Assembly: GCA_964035545.1 (NCBI GenBank) | Contig: OZ037772.1 | Location: 8,177,150 to 8,241,149, forward strand | DNA length: 64,000 nt | Direction of reading: 5' to 3' | From: Bugula neritina | Taxonomy: Eukaryota > Animalia > Bryozoa | Shown: piece by piece, positions 1-11,367 of the stretch | How positions within the stretch are numbered: position 1 is the stretch's first letter | Layout of the letters: each line of letters starts with the position of its first letter | Made by a program: the position numbers and the translations under genes | Notes under the pieces: generated by a model | What the model was told of the DNA's origin: nothing | The model's input: only the letters and a program-made list of their open reading frames with translations | Databases searched by the model: none

Positions 1-360
<360 letters not shown>

Positions 361-409
361 CTTTCTTTCCCTTTCTATTTCTCATGCACTATTGGTCTCT
401 ATACGGCAG

Positions 410-3400
410 GACTCTCTGAATACTGCAGTGGACGTCACAGGTGTGAGTGTGTCCGAGGTGGAGAAGGGCGGTGCTTACAGTTCAACACAACCTGCACATC
501 TGATGAGCAGTGTACAGGGGATTTGGGAGAGTCTGCCGTCTGCATTCTGGGTCGATGTACGTGTGACCCAAATAAGTCATCACGCCTCAACGCTCAGGGC
601 AAATGTGTCGAAGATATCAAAGGTTGGCCATCACTGCTTTTCCATGACTTATGTGAATGAATGCTTTTACGATGAGTTTGTTTCCAAACATCAATGAAAA
701 ATCCATTCACATAATCGAAGCTTGGAAATGTGGTATATGCTGTATTCTGTAGTGTGAAATGTGAAAAGTAGTGGCCATCTTTCTCCTCACGTCACTGGCT
801 ATGTTATAGGTTGTGAATCGAGCTTAGACTGTGGGTCCACATCTGATATCTGCTACGATCACGGGTGTCACAGCACTTGTTCTTCCGACTCAAACAGCTG
901 TAAAGGAAACACAGTCTGCAAGAATGGAGTCTGTCTGCAAGCTTGCTCAGCAGGTGACTATTCAGTCATTATGATTGATATTTATTTCAATGTAAAATGT
1001 GAGTAAAACTGTCTTTGGTTTTGTGGTTTATTGAAAGTAAAATTTTGATTGGTTACTTTGATAAAATCTAATACATGAATACTTAGTGTCAAAAAGTACT
1101 CACGGCATTGTCCACTTTCATGTTCGTACTTTAGTTTTCACCTTTATTTCATTTATATTGTACAGACCATGAAACTATTTTTTGTTTTTATAATTTCATC
1201 TTTCCTATTTTATAATTATTTATCATTCAATCTTTTAATTTTCTGATACACTGTAACAATCTTATTGATGATTGCTATTTGTCATCCCATTATTCACTCC
1301 GGCAATTATTCTTGTTATTAAATTTTTCAGCAAAGTTCATATGCCTATTATGATCACCAAGTAATGATTATTAGTTTTATCTTTACCTTTTTTGCTGATA
1401 TTTTTAGATTGAGTCACTTAAGTTAAAATTAAAAATATTATTAAATTGTATATTGTAACAAATTTGATGTATTTATGGATGAAAGAACAAACTAATAAAA
1501 AATTTCTAAGTTACCATTTGCTGATTAGGTATTTCATAAATATAACGTCAAGACTGGTTATTCTCTAGACACTCAGTGCTGGGCAAACTCCCAGTCATGT
1601 ATTCAAGGAGCCTGCGTGCCCATGTGTAGCCTCAGTACCTTACCTGATTCTCCATGTGTGGAGGGTATAATCACCTCTTCTTGTGGCGAGTGTGACTCAG
1701 GCTGGGTGTGTTACTTAGGCTTCTGTCACATAGCATGTACCAGAGACAGCTCCTGTGCCGCTAATCAGGTCAGCATTTTTCTCTCCACTCTGTATGTTTC
1801 CACTCTGTATGTCTCTACTCTGTATGTCTCTATTCTGTATATCTTTACTCTATATGTCTCTACTCTGTCTCTACTCTGTATGTCTCTACTCTGTATGTCT
1901 CTACTCTGTATATCTCTACTCTTTATGTCTCTACTCTGTCTCTACTCTGTATGTCTCTACTCTGTATGTCTCTACTCTGTATGTCTCTACTCTGTATGTC
2001 TCTACTCTGTATGTCTCTACTCTGTATGTCTCTACTCTGTATATCTCTACTCTGTATGTCTCTACTCTGTATGTCTCTACTCTGTATATCTCTACTCTGT
2101 ATGTCTCTACTCTGTATGTCTCTACTCTGTGTGTCTCTACTCTGTATGTCTCTACTCTGTATGTCTCTACTTTGTATATCTCCACTCTGTATATCTCTAC
2201 TCTGTGTTTCTCTACTCTGTATGTCTCTACTCTGTATGTCTCTACTCTGTATGTCTCTACTCTGTATGTCTCTACTCTGTATGTCTCTACTCTGTATGTC
2301 TCTACTCTGTATGTCTCTACTCTGTATGTCTCTACTCTGTATGTCTCTACTCCGTATGTCTCTACTCTGTATGTCTCTACTCTGTATGTCTCTACTCTGT
2401 ATGTCTCTACTCTGTATGTCTCTACTCCGTATGTCTCTACTCTGTATGTCTCTACTCCGTATGTCTCTACTCTGTATGTCTCTACTCTGTATGTCTCTAC
2501 TCTGTATGTCTCTACTCCGTATGTCTCTACTCTGTATGTCTCTACTCTGTATGTCTCTACTCTGCATGTCTCTACTCTGTATGTCTCTACTCTGTATGTC
2601 TCTACTTTGTATATCTCCACTCTGTATATCTCTACTCTGTGTTTCTCTACTCTGTATGTCTCTACTCTGTATGTCTCTACTCTGTATGTCTCTACTCTGT
2701 ATGTCTCTACTCTGTATGTCTCTACTCTGTATGTCTCTACTCTGTATGCATCTACTCTGTTTGTCTCTACTCTGTATGTCTCTACTCTGTATGTCTCTAC
2801 TCTGTATGTCTCTACTCTGCATGTCTCTACTCTGTATGTCTCTACTCTGTATGTCTCTACTCTGTATGTCTCTACTCTGTATGTCTCTACTCTGTATGTC
2901 TCTACTCTGTATGTCTCTACTCTGTATGTCTCTACTCTGCTTGTCTCTACTCTGTATGTCTCTACTATGTACGTATTCCTACAGTCCCCTATCTATTGTT
3001 TAGATGTGTGATGGTGGAAAGTGCATATGCAACTATACCAGTTCCCAGTGTCCTGGACCCATTCAAGAGTCAGGTGGGTGTCTTTACAAATAAATCTTAC
3101 TCTATATACACATCAGTACACATATCCTGCATCTCAATGCATTCCATTTGATGATATTTATATTCTAAACATCTATTTGTCATTATTTGTTGTTGTTTAA
3201 TTCTCATATAGGCTTAGAGTTTACCTGCAGTAGTGACGAAGATTGTGGGGCGTTAGCGGAGTGCACCACTAGTAAAATCTGCCAATGTCAGTTAGGGGCT
3301 ATACGCTCGCCCAAAGGTGGATGTGTTTGGAACTTAGGTTAGTATTTGTGCTGTAAGTTGGCTCTGTACATTTCTTGGCTATGGAATTGAAAAATAATTT

Positions 3401-6400
3401 TTTCAAAATTATTTCTGTGTAACAATAAAATGTTATCTACCCTCTGTCTCTTTAAAGAATCCCTGACACACTTCATTTATAGTGCAGTATTGAAACACTT
3501 ATATGTATCTTAGCTATAATCTGCAGATATTTCATAGGTTGTACGCTCGAACTATTTTGTTTTATAGTAATTTGTGTGCAAAAATGTATTCAATTAATTT
3601 GAGATTTCTGATTTCCGATGACGTTTCTGGTCGACTCTGAAATATGCTGTATTGACAAACTAATAGTAATAATTGCTGAATTTCACTGTATACTATTCCT
3701 GCTGCAACATACATTCTGAGCTGGCTTGAAAGTTTGAACTTTCAAATGTGAAAGCTGCTTTTGTTGCAGACGTTGCTTGCCAGAACTGTCCGCCCTGCGT
3801 TGGCCATTGTCAGAGTAAGAACATGGTGTGTAACACAAAGAGCAGGATGTGCGTGTGTAGGGACGGGTACGCCCTTGACCCCTCCCTACTTGCATGTAGT
3901 AGAGTCTCAGGAGCTGTGACTAATATCCGGTGTATGCATCAGGTGGACTGTACTGTCTACTCAGGAACCTTCTGCGCCGTGGACATTGGTAAGTTGCATC
4001 TCTCTCAACCTTTGGCATGACACAATTTTAGGTAAAAAAGGCAAAAATGGGAGAGTAAGTAAATATAGCACATTGATATTAAATTTTTTTGAACCCCAAA
4101 CCCCAATTTTAGAAAGTTGTGATTTTTACCAACTTTTCCATTTGTGCCACTATATACAGGACACAGTATGACATAGAGCAGGGGTGGGCAACTTCTTTTG
4201 CATAAGGGCCAAGTTCTGAAATCAGCCAAAACAAAGGGCCACATGATTGAACACATAATAAATTTTATTATAATAAAGTAATTTGTAACCAAACCTAATC
4301 AGAATGCATGTAACACTTTTTACTTATCTTATGCATCAAAATAGCCATTGAAAAATGTGCAGAGGGCCACAGGTGGGCCTGGGGCACCCAGTTGCCCACT
4401 CCTGACACAGAGTAACCTTGACCTATATTCTGTAGGTAAGTGCGTGTGTCGACCTGGGTTCTGTTTCCAAGATGGCGACTGTCAGCCAGACTTCAATGAA
4501 TGTGACAATATAACAGAGATCTGCCCTCCGGGGACCTCCTGTGTCAACACTCCGTGTAGGACAACTCCCAGATGTGAAAGTGAGTTTGGAATCCCTTAGC
4601 ATGTAGGTGTGATCTCGTTGGTTTCATGAGAGATTTGTTCACGTTTTGAAGGTTCTGTGAAAATACTCAGCCAGTAATAGTTGGAACGGTGACTGAAATC
4701 TCGAGTAGTACTTTTAAAAGCTCTTGAGACTTTAGATTTTTTTTGAATCTGCAGGGGACTTCCTGTCAGAATACTTTAAGTTTCTTATTGATTAAAGTTT
4801 GTGTATTTAATAGGAGTGGAGCTACACTTGTTTGTTACATCTATTGTGAGTCTTGTAAAGATAATATAGCTCTGTTTACATGTATGAACTATGAACACGT
4901 AGTTTTGCTAGTTTTAGAGAAAGATGCCTGTTCATTCAGACATTTTGTTTATGAAAAACAGACAATGTTTAACTCAACAGCTTTATAACTCGTCATCACC
5001 GAAAATATGTAAACTTAAGCATCTGAATGTGGACATACCTTTGATCACACAGGCCTCAAACTGACAAGTTTGTTAACAAGTCATTGATGAAATAAGGAAA
5101 TAAAAAATGAAATATTTAAAGCTGCTTTGAGTATGCAATTTCATGTTTTTTTTTACTAATCTAGCTCATTTAACCAGTTGGCGCCATTATCCATGATTTC
5201 AAAATAAACACGGCATTAAATTTTGTCGTTCATCATCAGGTTTCTATGACATTGAATTATGCAACTGGATGCTCATGCGGATAAAAAATTTGTAGTAGGA
5301 ACTCAAGGTTATGGTTTTATTAGATGCAACTGTTTTCAAACATCTAATGAAAATTCCAGCAAAGGTTTGAAATGCAGGGTATAGCCACATTTTTTTCATT
5401 ACGAGATTTCAACTTGTTCTCAGGTGATAAGCGGCTGGTGGGAGTTCAGACGCTTGGTCTAGGAATAGAGGGGAAGGTGTGCGTGAAGCCAGAAGACTGC
5501 CGAGGTTACTACATCCAGGACAAGTCCTGCTATAACAGGAAGTGTGGATCCACTACCTGCTATCACGGGAAGTGCACATGTGAGCGAGGGACTCTGGCAG
5601 CAGCTGGCATCGGGCGGGCTTGTCTAGTGACTACTTGTACAAAGGTAATAGCAAACTTATATACTGAGTGTGCAAAGGTAATAGCAAACTTATGTATAGA
5701 GTGTGCAAAGATAACAGCAAATTTATGTATAGAGTGTGCAAAGGTAATAGCAAACTGGTATAGCAAGTGTGCTGAAACAGTAGCAAACCTATATGCTTTC
5801 CTTATATAATGAATTGGTGGAAAACCACAAGCTACCAACACAAAGTGATGAAAACTAATAAACAAAAGAAATGACATAAAATTACAAATTTCTGAGTTTA
5901 TAATAAAGAATTCAAACATACAATTATTTAATTGAGAATATAAATGCAATGAATAAGTTAATCTGATTGTTCACTGCACTTAGGACCAATAGCAGAGAAA
6001 TTGAGATAGTCTAAGCCCTTTAGTTTTATTATAGAATTTTAATGTGAAACACAGCTTGAAATTCTTGCGAGAACATAACTTCTTTTGCTATATTTTTAAT
6101 TTAGAACACAGGCTTTTCTCAATTTGTCCATTACTGCACCTACTTCGTTCACTAAGTCATTGTGAGTAGTTATAGAGTTATAGTAGATATAGACTGAGAG
6201 TATTACACCCATCTCATTATCTTGAGGCTATAGAATGCGGGACTCGAGAAACATGTTCGCCCTTTGGCCTGTGTGAACTGGGCTATAAAGTGCCCGATGC
6301 AGGTGCTGTTGACGTAGATGAAGTAGCAAAGGTCGTGAGTACGTCTGTGGGTGTGCTAGTAGCGCTGCTGGTGGTACTGGCAGCCGCTTTCCTAGCCTAC

Positions 6401-9400
6401 AAAAAGTGTAAGTTGACATCTGCTTCCTTCTGTAGTCTTGTTTAGCTTGAGATCTACAGGAGTATAATAATTCTAACGAGCATCTTAGTTTACAGCTACA
6501 TGCAATGCAGCATTTTAAAGATGCACTTTAAAAGTTTTAAAAGGTTCTTGAAGGCATCAAAGTACCTTAAAACAGCGTTTATGGCGATTTTTATGAAAAG
6601 TTGGTATTTTAGTTGGCAATGTTCTGAAATGTGCTCAAATGCACACTAAACGAATAATTTTAAATTTACATGAAACAAAACTTGTCAGTTATGCTACAAA
6701 TGCACCACAACAGTTTAAAATATTTTTCACGCTTTCAAAAATACACTAAAGCATTGTTCAGGAGAGAGTTGTATGAAAACAGTTTATTTAAATCTTTTTG
6801 AAACCATTTTTGTTGTTGGATACTGCATTTGGTTGTCAATCTGGTGACTCACAGACTTGTAAGACGGAGTTTGGACAATTAGCTTTGATCTCATTATGTT
6901 ATGAATATTTTGACCTCAGTTTCTCCAACCAAAGCTGAAAAACAAAGAAAGTTTTGGGAGAAAGAAGAAGCCAGACTGATTGCTGAAGAGGCTGAGTTGG
7001 ATAGACTGGAGAGAGAATTTGGTGCGAGTTGATTAGTATTTGTATACTATTCATTAGTACATTGCTCCCTCTGTATCTCACTAAGCTGAAGGTTTTGAAA
7101 CCTCAATTCTAGACATAATAGAATACCAGATCTAACTCATGCATCTGTTAAATTTGGCCCTATACACACGTACATTAGCCACAAAATAGGTGTTCAAGCC
7201 CTTCTCGTGACCTATGGAGTTTAATGCAAAATGGAACCATGAAATATGGAGGGAGCACTGTATTGGTATTCATGTAGCATATATAAATGTTATTAGTCTG
7301 ATTTAGATACAAACTAAACGTGTTTGGTGTATACAATGTTTTGACACACATCTGCCAGTGTCTCATCTTATTGACAGCACTTGTTGCAACTTGTTTAAAC
7401 TTGTCCATGTATGAGATGCAGCCAGCTGTAATATTGCCCTAGTTAACTATATTGTTATACCTGTACAGAGGAGGAGCAGAGAAGAAAGAGAGAAGAATAT
7501 TTGCAGAGAGTGAAAGAAGAGAAGGAGAGACAAGCTCGAGAAAGAGCAGAAAGAGCTGAACAAGAAAGACTGAAAAGGGTAACTAGGCTTCGTTTCAGGA
7601 TATGACACGTAACTTGCTATGAACCTGGGATGTTTTGTGACAGTGTGGGCTTTGTTATAGCAGCAGGCGATGGTCGTTGTGTTGCTTCTGTACTGATACT
7701 ATATACTGAAATTTAGTAATACATAGAAAGGGACTGTAGGCGTGCTAGAAATTTCAATTGATTAAAAAAGTTACTGTCAATGTACTGTTACTATGTTGTC
7801 ATCATGCAGTGCGTTACTTTATAGGTTATAAGGCTTTATATTATTGCTGAAGCCCTATCCTTAAGTTTTATGTAAAGTAACAGCAGATGTTTTTCCTGGT
7901 AGGAAGAAGAAGAGAGATTGCTGAGAGAGCAGGCTGAGAGAGAAGAACAGGAGCGTCTCAAGAGGTGTGATACTAGACTTATAGTTTAATCTTAAAGTAC
8001 CACTGCCACATGCTCGCTCGCTCAATCACTCACTCACTCACTCACTCACTCACTCACTCACTCACCTACTCACTCACTCACTCACTCACTCACTCACTCA
8101 CCTACTCACTCACTCACTCACCTACTCACTCACTCACTCACCTACTCACTCACTCACTCACTCAATCACACACATTATGTATAACTATTGCAGTTTTTAT
8201 TTCAAATTATCCTGTAAAATACTGTAAAGTGTGATAATCATAATATTCAACATCTGAATGTAAGTGCTGAAAAACAAGATAACTCATGAAACTGTTACGA
8301 AATGCGCACAGTTTTCAGTATGCAACTCAAGCATATTAATTCTATCTACAACTAGTTATTTAATGTTATGTCATCAGTGCAATAGCAGAAACTGACATTT
8401 CTGTTCTCCAAATGTAGACTACAAGAAGAAAAAGAGGCTAAAGAAAGGGAAAAGAAGTTAGCTAAGGAAGCAAGGCTAAAAGCTATAGCAGAGCGCAAGG
8501 CTAAGGCTGTGAGTTGAGTTTCTGTTAGGGATTGCATGTCCCTTGTTCTCATGATACATGCCAGTATATTTGTAGATTCACCCACCTACTGCTATGAAAT
8601 ATGTACTCACTGCTATAACCACACCCAGTCATTACTATAACCACACCCAGTTACTATACCATAGCCACCCCCAATAACTACTACAACCACACCCAGTTAC
8701 CATACTATAACCACACCTATTAAATACTATAAGTACACCCAGTAAACTATAACACACCCAGTAGCGGTATTACAACCACACCCAGTAACACTATAACCAC
8801 ACCCAGTTGCTATGCTATAACCACACCCAATTGTTATACTATAACCACACCCAGTACTACTATAACCACACCCAGTTACCATACTATAACCACACCCAGT
8901 TACCATACTATAAACACACCTAGCTACCATACTATAACCACAATGACTCATGTTCTGTAGGCTGCTGAGAAGAAGAGACGTGAAGAAGAAGCCGAAGCCG
9001 AAAGACTGAGAATTGAAGAAGAGAGAAGGAAACGAGCAGAAGAAGAGGCAGCTAAGCGTCAGGCTGAGAAAGAGTGAGTGACACACCTTAATATAACCAT
9101 GTGACTCAGTACTAGTCACACGACTTAGTGCTAGTCACATGTCTCAATACTAGTCACATGACCAGTACTGGTCACATTACTCAGTGCTCATCGAATGTCT
9201 CAGTACTGGTCACATGACTCAGTACTGGTCACATGACTCAATTCTAATCACATGACTCAGTACTAGCCACGTGTCTCAGTACTAGTCGCATGACTCAGTA
9301 CTGGTCACATGACTCAGTACTGGTCACTTTTAAACTCTAAGTTCTTTAAATATAAGCTGAGAATTGCTGCTGATTGCTGTGTGACTATCCAGGGCCAGGG

Positions 9401-10021
9401 AAGCCATGAGGTTGGCTCAGATTGAAGAAGAGAGACGACTGAAGGAGGAGCAGGAGGCTCGCAAGTTGGCTCTAAAGAAGCAACAGGAAGCAGCACGACT
9501 GGCGTAAGTTCAATATGGCTGCCATCTTGCTTTGCTGTCAGAATTTCATTGAAGAAAAGTAAGCGAGCTGGTTGAGTGAGGTAAGATAACTCTTAAATGG
9601 GAAACTGCCCAGGACTCCTGATTGCAATGTTATTTGTGAGAGACATGCAGCTTTGCAGTGAAACAATCTTTCAATCATTTTAATTCACCTTTCATAATGC
9701 TATAATACAACACCAGTTATTAGTATTCTTAGTCAGCTATGCTTCCCTATGCTTGTGTATTCTAGTCGGGAGAAGGCAATGAAAGATCGGGAGCGTGCTC
9801 AAAGAGAGCGTATAGAAGCCATCAAACGTCAGACAGCTCTCGAGCTACAGCGTCTGCAAGACGAGAAGAACAAAAGGTTGGCGTCTATGGCAGCATTGAA
9901 CGCCGTTGACTCAGACGAGGATGTCGACGTCGCGCAATCCGGGTGGTCTTCCGCAGCTCCCAAACCCGCGAAGACTGGATCTGGTAGTAAGATATCTAAA
10001 ACTAAGAGCAGGACAGGCTGA
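410..10021 (+). CDS. Type-I membrane protein with Cys-rich (EB/EGF-like) ectodomain modules, one TM helix and E/R/K-rich cytoplasmic tail; 5' end lies outside the window
   Basis: Phase-compatible exons 410-622, 810-953, 1569-1768, 3004-3073, 3212-3337, 3770-3988, 4436-4579, 5424-5644, 6227-6407, 6920-7021, 7469-7578, 7903-7964, 8418-8508, 8961-9073, 9393-9503, 9766-10021(TGA) join into ~787 open codons. Repeated Cx5C motifs (CTSDEQC, CESSLDC, CSSDEDC, CMHQVDC, CVKPEDC), TM VVSTSVGVLVALLVVLAAAFLAY-KK, then EEQRRKREE/EEERRKRAEEE repeats. Confidence 0.8.
1780..2970. repeat. 15-bp minisatellite (TCTCTACTCTGTATG)n filling most of an intron
   Basis: Roughly 75-80 near-identical copies between the donor at 1769 and the acceptor at 3003. 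Confidence 0.97.
3456..3745. mobile_element. Partial Kolobok-like non-autonomous TIR element (same family as 21577-21956 and 40428-40775)
   Basis: TTAA|AGAATCCCTGACACACTTCA terminus and the internal GGCTTGAAAGTT motif are shared with the other two copies. Confidence 0.6.
4030..4150. mobile_element. Short degenerate copy of the GGTAAAAATGGCAC foldback/MITE family
   Basis: GGTAAAAAAGGCAAAAATGG ... CCAAACCCC ... CCATTTGTGCC layout, as at 52317 and 56541. Confidence 0.5.
4179..4404. mobile_element. hAT-type MITE
   Basis: TIRs CAGGGGTGGGCAAC / GTTGCCCACTCCTG flanked by an 8-bp near-duplicate ACATAGAG / ACACAGAG. An 8-bp TSD and CAG termini are typical of hAT. Confidence 0.85.
5636..5793 (+). repeat. 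33-bp tandem repeat spanning a splice donor
   Basis: Unit TGTGCAAAG|GTAATAGCAAACTTATGTATAGAG, ~4.5 copies. Confidence 0.9.
8025..8165. repeat. (ACTC)n microsatellite
   Basis: Direct inspection. Confidence 0.95.
8605..8945. repeat. Degenerate ~21-24-bp minisatellite (ACTATAACCACACCCAGTT core)
   Basis: Repeats end just upstream of the acceptor at 8960. Confidence 0.9.
9097..9328. repeat. 19-bp minisatellite (CATGACTCAGTACTGGTCA)n
   Basis: ~12 copies filling most of intron 9074-9392. Confidence 0.9.
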
Positions 10022-11367
10022 GGTGAGCGGACAACTCCTGTGTTTTGTCAGTTTCGTTAGTTACAGCTGTAAAACTGTAATTGAGATTAGTTACCACTTT
10101 TATAACGTTATATTTTAAAGGTTGGCGGAACTACCGAAGAATTTTTTAGGAGTTATCTTATCTGAATGCCAAGCATAAAGAGGAAAGTTTCAATTGTAAT
10201 TTATTTTTGATGATTCAAATAAAGTTTTGAACCATAAATCACGCTCAGTTTTGCAACTTCTTGAAAAGTAACAATATAAATTGTAGCTAAAGTTGGGTTA
10301 ATTAAGTATTTAAAAATATATTTTAAAAAAACTTTTGGTTTTTCATGAAATAGGATTGTTCTCGACAAAGTTTTGTATAGTTTCATAAAATCAACTTAAG
10401 TTTTTCTGAAAAATTCAAACTTAGCATCTACCGCTTGTCAAAGTTTATCAAAGTTTTGGAAAAGGTTTTGAAAATGCACAACCCTTACCACAAACACCGG
10501 ATATTGAATTTGTTGGTCTACAACCTTTGTCCAACATTACATATCGAAGTGATTTCAATAGACCAGTAATATTCAGTATCCCTCTAAATTAGAGTAAATT
10601 CGTTTTGACACTGTAAAATATCTTCAAAAAATATGTAAGAAACTCACCACGCAAATAGAGAATACAACTCTTGAATTTCAGAATCGTTTGTTTGAATGCT
10701 GAAAAAAAAGGTTGTTGAGTTGATAGAAATTGTTTTTATTTTTCAACTTTGTGAATACATGAAACGTATACTAAAGAAATGAGAGGGGAAGTCTTTTAAA
10801 TATAAAAGTTAAAAGCTGTATACTATATTGAGGAAGCAACTCCCGCGCATTTGAAAAGGGCTATGTACAGGCAAAATATGCAACAAAGAGTTGGAGTCGT
10901 CTACTATGTAGACTCAATAAACTATATAATATGCTATTCTTACAGCGCAGATTGCTAGTACTTGGTACATTAAAATTCAAAGTATAAAATTATTAAATAT
11001 GTAGACTAAATAATAACAAGCATGCATAAAACTATTATTTAGCTGCAGAGTAAACTTTATCATTGCCTTAGGCCATCAGAGTAAAACATTAGGAATTGTC
11101 CACCCTATTACAATCGCATCAAAGTCCCATAGCACTTGAATGCAAATTACAAGTTATCTTGGTCGAACACCAAATTCAATAATGAAATCAACTGGTCTGT
11201 TAATCAAATGCTGAATCTGAAAGCTTCAACTTCATTGGTTGATTTAATATCATTGAATGATAGAAGGATATTATTTGCGTTACTGCCAGTTTCTAAGGGT
11301 CACATGATTTGTGTCATGTGACGGCCTATTTCATCACAGATATATACAGGGGGAGAGAGGGGCTGGT

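Noticed and set aside
392-697. 101-aa ORF from the track
   Set aside because: Wrong frame. The Cys-rich exon 410-622 is in another frame and splices in phase with the next exon.
1755-3011. Long ORFs on both strands (LYSVC, YVSTL, QSRDI, VETYR repeats)
   Set aside because: Translations of a 15-bp intronic minisatellite; the real exons are 1569-1768 and 3004-3073.
6227-10021. Separate coiled-coil gene (e.g. trichohyalin- or MAP7-like)
   Set aside because: Its first exon begins with the second half of a Cys module and splices in frame to the upstream Cys-rich exons.
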